Source: Acidimicrobiales bacterium (GTDB taxonomy: Bacteria; Actinomycetota; Acidimicrobiia; Acidimicrobiales; SZUA-35). From it: a DNA stretch of 47,123 nt. Positions within the stretch are counted from its first letter, which is position 1; each line of letters begins with the position of its first letter. Positions 40,013 through 47,123 of the stretch are shown in pieces. The stretch lies in contig JAWSVN010000076.1 of NCBI GenBank assembly GCA_033851875.1, positions 307 through 47,429 of the forward strand. The letters run 5' to 3'. Made by a program: the position numbers and the translations under genes. A model generated the notes under the pieces. It was not told where the DNA came from. It saw nothing but the letters and a program-made list of their open reading frames with translations, and ran no database searches.

Positions 40013-41058
40013 GCGGCGACGGCGGCGGCAGCACCCGCCTCGACACGCTCGGCATGTGGGACGCCATGCTCGGTCTCGGCGACCAGATCCGCGCCTCGTC
40101 GCTCGCCATCGGCGACATCGACGGCCTGCCGGACCCGACCAAGGTCGACCAGGTGCTCATCCTGGGTATGGGCGACTCGGGGTTCGGCGGCGACGTCGCC
40201 GCCGCCTGTGCCCGGCCGTTCGCGTCGATCCCGATCGTGGTCTACGGCGGCTATCTGCCGCCTTCGTGGGTGTCGAACCGCACCCTCGTGATCGCGATGA
40301 GCGAATCGGGCGAGACCGAGGAGACCCTCGAGTCGCTCGAGACCGCCGTCGAGAGCGGTGCCCCGCTCGTGGCGGTGACCAACGGCGGCGAGCTCGCCGA
40401 CCTGGCCCGCCGGGCCGGCGCCCCGGTGCTGCCCGTGATCGGCGCCGGCCCGATGCCGCGCGCCTCGCTCGGGTCGCTCTCGGTGCCGGCGATGCTGGCC
40501 CTCGAACAGATCGGGCAGTTCCCCGGCGCCCGCAGCTGGCTGGCCGCCGCCGTCGACCAGCTCGACCGCCGTCGAACTCAGCTCGAGTCCGACGACAGCC
40601 CGGCCAAGGCGATCGCCCGCAAGGTCGGTCGCACGATGCCGATCATCTACGGTGGCGGAGCCATCGGCACCACGGCGGCCAAGCGGTGGAAGATCGCGTT
40701 CAACCACAACGTGAAGGCGCCGGCGTTCTGGGCCCCGATGCCCGACCTGTGCCACAACGAGCTGGTCGGCTGGGGGCAACACGGCGACGTCACCCGACAG
40801 GTCTTCACCCAGATCCAGCTTCGCCACGCCAACGAACATCCACAGACGGCGCGTCGGTTCGCCTTCGTCGAGGAGCAGACCCTCGAGGTGATGAACGACG
40901 TCATCGAGGTCTGGTCCGAAGGCGACGGCCCGGTGGCCGAGCTGTTCGACCTCGTCCTGATGGGCGACATCACCACCCTGGAGTTGGCGGCGGCGGAGGG
41001 ACTCGACCCGGGCCCGCTGCCGATCGTCGACTCGATGAAGACCTGGCTCGAGCGCTAA
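40009..41058 (+). CDS. SIS-domain bifunctional phosphoglucose/phosphomannose isomerase-like protein
   Basis: GMGDSG, SESGETEET, PRASLG, RWKIAFNHN, HNELVGW. Confidence 0.85.
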   Translation: MSGDGGGSTRLDTLGMWDAMLGLGDQIRASSLAIGDIDGLPDPTKVDQVLILGMGDSGFGGDVAAACARPFASIPIVVYGGYLPPSWVSNRTLVIAMSESGETEETLESLETAVESGAPLVAVTNGGELADLARRAGAPVLPVIGAGPMPRASLGSLSVPAMLALEQIGQFPGARSWLAAAVDQLDRRRTQLESDDSPAKAIARKVGRTMPIIYGGGAIGTTAAKRWKIAFNHNVKAPAFWAPMPDLCHNELVGWGQHGDVTRQVFTQIQLRHANEHPQTARRFAFVEEQTLEVMNDVIEVWSEGDGPVAELFDLVLMGDITTLELAAAEGLDPGPLPIVDSMKTWLER

Positions 41059-41082
41059 ACCGAGACTGCCGCTCGCCGAGGC

Positions 41083-41197
41083 TAGTCTGAGTGATTCGCG
41101 ACCGGCTGTGATCTGAATCGGCCAGTGGGCCCAGCCGTCGCCACCTGACACCAACCCGCTGCACGAGCGCCACGGGCGCGCGCAGCGAAGGAGCATC
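41083..41197 (+). promoter_or_regulatory. ahcY promoter (-10 TAGTCT at 41083-41088) and ~100-nt structured 5' leader
   Basis: Two stem-loop domains visible by inspection, followed by SD AAGGAG. Confidence 0.5.
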
Positions 41198-42637
<1,440 letters not shown>

Positions 42638-42640
42638 TCC

Positions 42641-43267
42641 TTGGGGCTGCTCTTCGAGCGGTCGTGCCCGGTGTGTGGACACCGGGCACGACGGCTCTGC
42701 AGCTCCTGTCGCAGCCTCCTCGGCTGCCTCGCCGTCGACGACCCGCCGCCGGGCGTCGACGCCCTCGTGGCTCTCGCCACCTACGACGACGACCTGCGCC
42801 GTCTCGTGCTCGCGATCAAGCGGGACGGGCGGCGTGACCTCGTTCGCTCGGTCGCCCGACCCCTTGCCGCGGCCGCTCGACGCGCCGGCATCGACGACGT
42901 CGACGTGGTGACCTGGGTGCCCTCTGCGCCCGAACACCGGGTCGCACGCGGCTTCGACCAGGGTCGCCTGCTCGCCCGCGCGGTCGGGCGCCGCCTGGAC
43001 GTCCCCGTTCGCCGCCTCCTCGGGCGTCGCGGTCGGTCGCGCCGTGGCGTCGAGCTCGCCGAACGCCGGAGCGGGCCGAGCTTCGGCGCCCTCGGCACCG
43101 TGCCGGCGTCGGTGCTCTTGATCGACGACGTGACCACCACCGGTTCCTCGCTCGAGGGCGCCGCCGCGGCCCTCCGAGCCGAGGGAGCCCAGCGGGTCGT
43201 CGCCGTCGTCGTCGCTCGGGCGGCCGCGCGGGTGACCGCGCAGGCACACCGCTCAACTGCGGGCTAA
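42641..43267 (+). CDS. comF: ComF family phosphoribosyltransferase-like protein
   Basis: CPVC...CSSC, RGFDQ, LLIDDVTTTGSS; TTG start. Confidence 0.85.
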   Translation: MGLLFERSCPVCGHRARRLCSSCRSLLGCLAVDDPPPGVDALVALATYDDDLRRLVLAIKRDGRRDLVRSVARPLAAAARRAGIDDVDVVTWVPSAPEHRVARGFDQGRLLARAVGRRLDVPVRRLLGRRGRSRRGVELAERRSGPSFGALGTVPASVLLIDDVTTTGSSLEGAAAALRAEGAQRVVAVVVARAAARVTAQAHRSTAG

Positions 43268-43325
43268 GCTCGCCGAGACTGGTGAACCCACGAGAAGCTG
43301 GGAACCCAACAAGAAAGGGGCCTCC

Positions 43326-43892
43326 ATGGAGGTATCGGTCAGCGGTCGTCACACGACGGTGTCGGAGGCACTCCGACGGCAGGCAGTGGAGAAGATCGGG
43401 CGGCTGGACCGTTATCTCTCCGGAATGGATCGAGCCGAGGTCCACTTCTGGGAGGAGAAGAATCCTCGAAAGGACCACAAGGAGTTCTGCGAGGTCACGA
43501 TGGTCGGCCATGGCCACCACGTGCGCACCAAGGTCTCGGCCCCCGACGGCTTCACCGCCATCGACCTGGCCGTCGACAAGCTCGAGCGCCAGCTCCGCAA
43601 GCTGAAGACCAAGGTCAAGAACCGCCAACAGAAGCGCGAACGGATGAGTCTCGACGCCGAGCTCGTGCCCGAGACGCTCCTCGTCGGCGATGCGTCCGAC
43701 CACCCGGACCCGGTCTACAAGATCGTGAAGTCGAAGAGTTTCGAGATCGACGCGATGGACGGCGAACACGCCGCGTTGCAGATGGATCTGCTCAACCACG
43801 ACTTCTACATCTTCATCAACTCCGAGACCGACAAGCCCGCCGTGGTCTACCGCCGCGACGACGGCGACGTCGGCATGATCGACATCTCCTAG
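43326..43892 (+). CDS. hpf: Ribosome hibernation promoting factor (long HPF/RaiA)
   Basis: VSGRH, AIDLAVDKLERQLRKLK, QMDLLNHDFYIF, VVYRRDDG; SD AAGGGG. Confidence 0.95.
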   Translation: MEVSVSGRHTTVSEALRRQAVEKIGRLDRYLSGMDRAEVHFWEEKNPRKDHKEFCEVTMVGHGHHVRTKVSAPDGFTAIDLAVDKLERQLRKLKTKVKNRQQKRERMSLDAELVPETLLVGDASDHPDPVYKIVKSKSFEIDAMDGEHAALQMDLLNHDFYIFINSETDKPAVVYRRDDGDVGMIDIS

Positions 43893-43916
43893 CTCGCTCA
43901 TGTGACCGCTCGCCTC

Positions 43917-43949
43917 ATGCCACCCCGGTCGCTGCCGACGGGGTGGTAT
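43917..43949 (+). terminator. GC-rich hairpin after hpf (terminator-like, or translation-occluding for the next gene)
   Basis: ATGCCACCCC-G-GTCG [CTGC] CGAC-GGGGTGGTAT; 14 pairs with one G-U and one bulge; no U tract. Confidence 0.55.
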
Positions 43950-44562
43950 GGAGTGGCTGGCCTCTGCAACACAGACCCGCGAACGACCGCTCCGTGTCGC
44001 GCTGTGTGACGGCCACGGCGTCTTTCGCCGGCGGCTGCTGATCGCGCTCGAGCACGACCCGGACGTCGCCGTCGTGGCCGAGGCCGAGGTGCCGGGCGCA
44101 CTCGGTTCGGCGCTGGTCGACGCGCCGGCGGACGTCATGGTCGTCGACCTGGCCAGTCCCGACGGCGACCCGGTCGAGGGCATCCGACGCCTGACCGATG
44201 CCCTGCCCGAGGTGGCGATCCTCGGCCTGGCCGGACCCGGCGACGACGCCGTCCCCGCGCTGTTGGCGGGCGCCGCCGGCGCGATGACCAAGACCTCGGC
44301 CCTGCGGCGCGGCGCCGGCGCGATCCGCGAGGTCGCGGCGGGCAACGTCTTCGTCGATCGGCGGGCTGCGCAGTTCCTCGCTCGCCGGGTCGAGGATCAC
44401 GAACGACTCGACGGCCTGTCCCAGCACCATCTGGAGCTTCTCTACCAGCTCTCGGCCGGTCGATCGATCCGCGAACTCGGCCCATTCTTCCGGTCGGACG
44501 CTGCTCGGCTCCACGCCGATCTTCGCCGCGTGATCGACGTGCTCCGAGTCGACGCCGCCTGA
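43948..44562 (+). CDS. NarL/LuxR-type response regulator, atypical
   Basis: LRVALCDGH, DVMVVDL, AGAAGAMTK receiver domain; LSQHHLELLYQLSAGRSIREL degenerate HTH. Confidence 0.75.
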   Translation: MEWLASATQTRERPLRVALCDGHGVFRRRLLIALEHDPDVAVVAEAEVPGALGSALVDAPADVMVVDLASPDGDPVEGIRRLTDALPEVAILGLAGPGDDAVPALLAGAAGAMTKTSALRRGAGAIREVAAGNVFVDRRAAQFLARRVEDHERLDGLSQHHLELLYQLSAGRSIRELGPFFRSDAARLHADLRRVIDVLRVDAA

Positions 44563-44614
44563 CCCCGGACCCTGCCACGGGTCGCTCGACCCCCACCGGT
44601 AGACTCCTCCAGCA

Positions 44615-47123
44615 GTGAAGCTCCTCGACAAGATCCTCAAGGCCGGCGAAGGCAAGCGTCTCAAGTCCACCCAGGCGGTGGTCGCTCCGATCAACGCGCT
44701 CGAGGGCGAGTACGCCGCACTCAGCGACGATGCGTTGGCCGCCAAGACCGGCGAATTCCGATCCCGTCTCGACCAGGGCGCCGATCTCGACGACCTGCTC
44801 TTCGAGGCGTTTGCCACGGTGCGTGAGACCGCCCGTCGAGAGATCGGCCAGTTCCACTACGAGGTCCAGCTCATGGGTGGCGCCGCCCTCCACTGGGGCT
44901 GGGTGGCCGAGATGAAGACCGGTGAGGGCAAGACCCTGGTGTCGACCTTGCCGGTCTACCTCAACGCCCTGACCGGACGCGGTGTCCACCAGATCACCGT
45001 CAACGACTACCTGGCCAGCCGCGACCACGAGTGGATGGGACAGATCCACCGCCGCCTCGGGCTGACCTGCGGACTGGTCGTCCCCGGCGGTGCAACCCCG
45101 GCCCACAAGCGCACCCAGTACGGCGCTGACATCACCTACGGCACCAACAACGAATTCGGCTTCGACTACCTGCGCGACAACATGGCTCGCAACGTCGTCG
45201 ATCGGGTGCAGCGGGGCCACGTCTTCGCCATCGTCGACGAGATCGACTCGATCCTGATCGACGAGGCCAGAACCCCGCTGATCATCTCGGGCAAGGTCAA
45301 GGGCGCCGCCGACCTCTACTACCGCTTCGCCGACATCGCCAAGGTCCTCGAGCGCGACGTGCACTACGACGTCGACGAGGAGAAGCGCATCGTCGCCATC
45401 CTCGATGAGGGCGTGACCGAGGTCGAGGAGCTCCTCGAGATCGAGAATCTCTACGACGGCGTGCAGCAGGACCTCGTCCACCAGCTCAACGCCGCCCTGC
45501 GGGCCAAGGAGCTGTTCCGCCGCGAGAAGGACTACCTCGTCGTGAACGGCGAGGTGAAGATCGTCGACGAGTTCACCGGCCGCGTGCTCGACGGGCGTCG
45601 TTGGTCCGACGGCCTCCACCAGGCGGTCGAGGCCAAGGAGGGGGTGCGGATCAAGGAGGAGCAGCAGACCCTCGCCACCGTCACCCTGCAGAACTACTTC
45701 CGTATGTACGAGAAGCTCTCGGGCATGACGGGCACGGCGCAGAGCGATGCCGCCGAGCTGGAGAACACCTACGGCCTCCCGGTGGTGCAGGTGCCCACCA
45801 ACAAGCCGATCGCACGCATGGATCAGGCCGACCTGATCTTCAAGACCGAAGAGGCCAAGTTCTCCGCTGTCGTCGACGACATCGAGCAGCGGGTGGAGCA
45901 TGGCCAACCGGTGCTGGTCGGCACCGCATCGGTCGAGAAGTCCGAGGTGCTCGGCGCCTACATGACCAAGCGGGGCATCGAGCACGAGATCCTCAACGCG
46001 AAGCAGCACTTCCGCGAGGCCGACCTGGTGGCCCAGGCAGGCCAGCCCGGTCGGGTCACCGTCGCCACCAACATGGCCGGCCGAGGCGTCGACATCGTGC
46101 TGGGCGGCAACGCCGAGAAGCTGGCCGAGCGAGACACCTACGCCGCCGGGCTCGAACTCGACTCCGACGAGGGCCAGGAACACTACGCCCAACGTCTCGA
46201 CTACTGGACCCCGATCTGTGAGGCGGACGGTTCGAAGGTCCGCGACGCCGGTGGCCTCTACGTACTCGGCACCGAACGCCACGACTCCCGCCGGATCGAC
46301 AACCAGCTCCGCGGCCGCTCCGGTCGTCAGGGAGAGCCTGGCGAGAGCCGCTTCTACCTGTCGCTCGAAGACGAGTTGATGCGCATCTTCTCGTCGGGTG
46401 CGTCGAGCTGGGTGATGGACAAGGCGCTCGCCGAGGACGAGGCGATCGAGTCGAAAACGGTCACCAAGTCGGTCGAGCGAGCCCAGGTCAACGTCGAGCA
46501 GCGCAACGCCGAGACCCGCAAGAACGTGCTCAAGTACGACGAGGTCTACAACGAGCAGCGCAAGGTCGTCTACGGCCGCCGGCTCCAGATGCTCGAGCAG
46601 TCGGACCTGCGCGACGACACCATCGCGGCCATCGACGACGCGGCCGCCACCCTGGTGCGGGCCCACTGCGTCAGCGAGCTCGACGACGCCTGGGACACCG
46701 AGGCCCTGGCGGGCGAGCTGGCCGGCTTCTGGCCGACCGAGTTCACCGCCGAGACCCTCGCGGACGCCCGCAACCTCGAGGGCCTCATCGAGATGATCGC
46801 CGCGGAGGGTCGGGCCCACTACGAGAAGCGAGAGGCCGAGATCGGCGCCCCGATCCTGCGCCAGGTCGAGCGCCAGATCATGCTCCAGCTGATCGATCAG
46901 CGCTGGCGTGAGCACCTCACGGAGATGGACTACCTCCGCTCGGGCATCAACCTGCGGGCGATGGGGCAGAAGGACCCGCTCGTCGAGTGGCAGCGCGAGG
47001 GCTTCGAGATGTTCGCCGACATGATGCGCGGCCTCAACGTCGACTTCGTTCGCTACGTGATGCACGTGCAGGTGACCACCAAGGCTGCGGAGCCGGCCGC
47101 CCAGGCTCCTGCGACCGTCGCCG
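44615..47123 (+). CDS. secA: Preprotein translocase ATPase SecA (runs off window end)
   Basis: GTG at 44615: MKLLDKILKAGEGKRLK; AEMKTGEGKT, VNDYLA, GFDYLRDNM, IDEARTPLIISG, ATNMAGRG, DNQLRGRSGRQG. Confidence 0.97.
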   Translation, partial: MKLLDKILKAGEGKRLKSTQAVVAPINALEGEYAALSDDALAAKTGEFRSRLDQGADLDDLLFEAFATVRETARREIGQFHYEVQLMGGAALHWGWVAEMKTGEGKTLVSTLPVYLNALTGRGVHQITVNDYLASRDHEWMGQIHRRLGLTCGLVVPGGATPAHKRTQYGADITYGTNNEFGFDYLRDNMARNVVDRVQRGHVFAIVDEIDSILIDEARTPLIISGKVKGAADLYYRFADIAKVLERDVHYDVDEEKRIVAILDEGVTEVEELLEIENLYDGVQQDLVHQLNAALRAKELFRREKDYLVVNGEVKIVDEFTGRVLDGRRWSDGLHQAVEAKEGVRIKEEQQTLATVTLQNYFRMYEKLSGMTGTAQSDAAELENTYGLPVVQVPTNKPIARMDQADLIFKTEEAKFSAVVDDIEQRVEHGQPVLVGTASVEKSEVLGAYMTKRGIEHEILNAKQHFREADLVAQAGQPGRVTVATNMAGRGVDIVLGGNAEKLAERDTYAAGLELDSDEGQEHYAQRLDYWTPICEADGSKVRDAGGLYVLGTERHDSRRIDNQLRGRSGRQGEPGESRFYLSLEDELMRIFSSGASSWVMDKALAEDEAIESKTVTKSVERAQVNVEQRNAETRKNVLKYDEVYNEQRKVVYGRRLQMLEQSDLRDDTIAAIDDAAATLVRAHCVSELDDAWDTEALAGELAGFWPTEFTAETLADARNLEGLIEMIAAEGRAHYEKREAEIGAPILRQVERQIMLQLIDQRWREHLTEMDYLRSGINLRAMGQKDPLVEWQREGFEMFADMMRGLNVDFVRYVMHVQVTTKAAEPAAQAPATVA

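Noticed and set aside
43268-43325. raiA-motif ncRNA near comF/hpf
   Set aside because: The gap is only 58 nt (and 3 nt before comF), too short for that large RNA; it contains just a promoter candidate, an A-rich leader and an SD.

Overview
High-GC actinobacterial chromosome segment; gene content and the DUF4214 protein suggest Acidimicrobiia (inference). About 45 tightly packed CDSs; no rRNA, tRNA, CRISPR array, transposase or integrase was recognised. Left part (1-7.6 kb): C-terminus of a globin, a secreted pentapeptide/DUF4214 protein and metabolic genes (LLM monooxygenase, enoyl-CoA hydratase, HIT, GT4, glutaryl-CoA dehydrogenase-like, YceH, ThiN). Next is a cell-surface glycan cluster (LCP, ugd, UDP-xylose synthase, 3 GT4, manC), a transglutaminase-like gene, a Ski2/HelY-like helicase and F420 genes cofE/cofD with gmd/rmd. 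The right part is a rearranged version of the conserved actinobacterial cofD-GT2-DUF5719-manB-Trm112-SIS-manA-ahcY-comF-hpf-RR-secA locus. It lacks whiB and mtrAB-lpqB at their usual positions and carries ftsH, a CPBP protease, a small Zn-ribbon protein and a GT-C + GtrA-GT2 glycosylation module. The most notable sequence-level signals are: pervasive candidate leaderless promoters, including stop codons doubling as -10 boxes and 25-26 bp bidirectional promoters; a structured ahcY leader without the standard SAH riboswitch consensus; a hairpin occluding the response-regulator start; a compositionally aberrant ugd; and a PGI/PMI homolog with an apparent catalytic Glu-to-His change. All calls are from reading the sequence; no searches were run.
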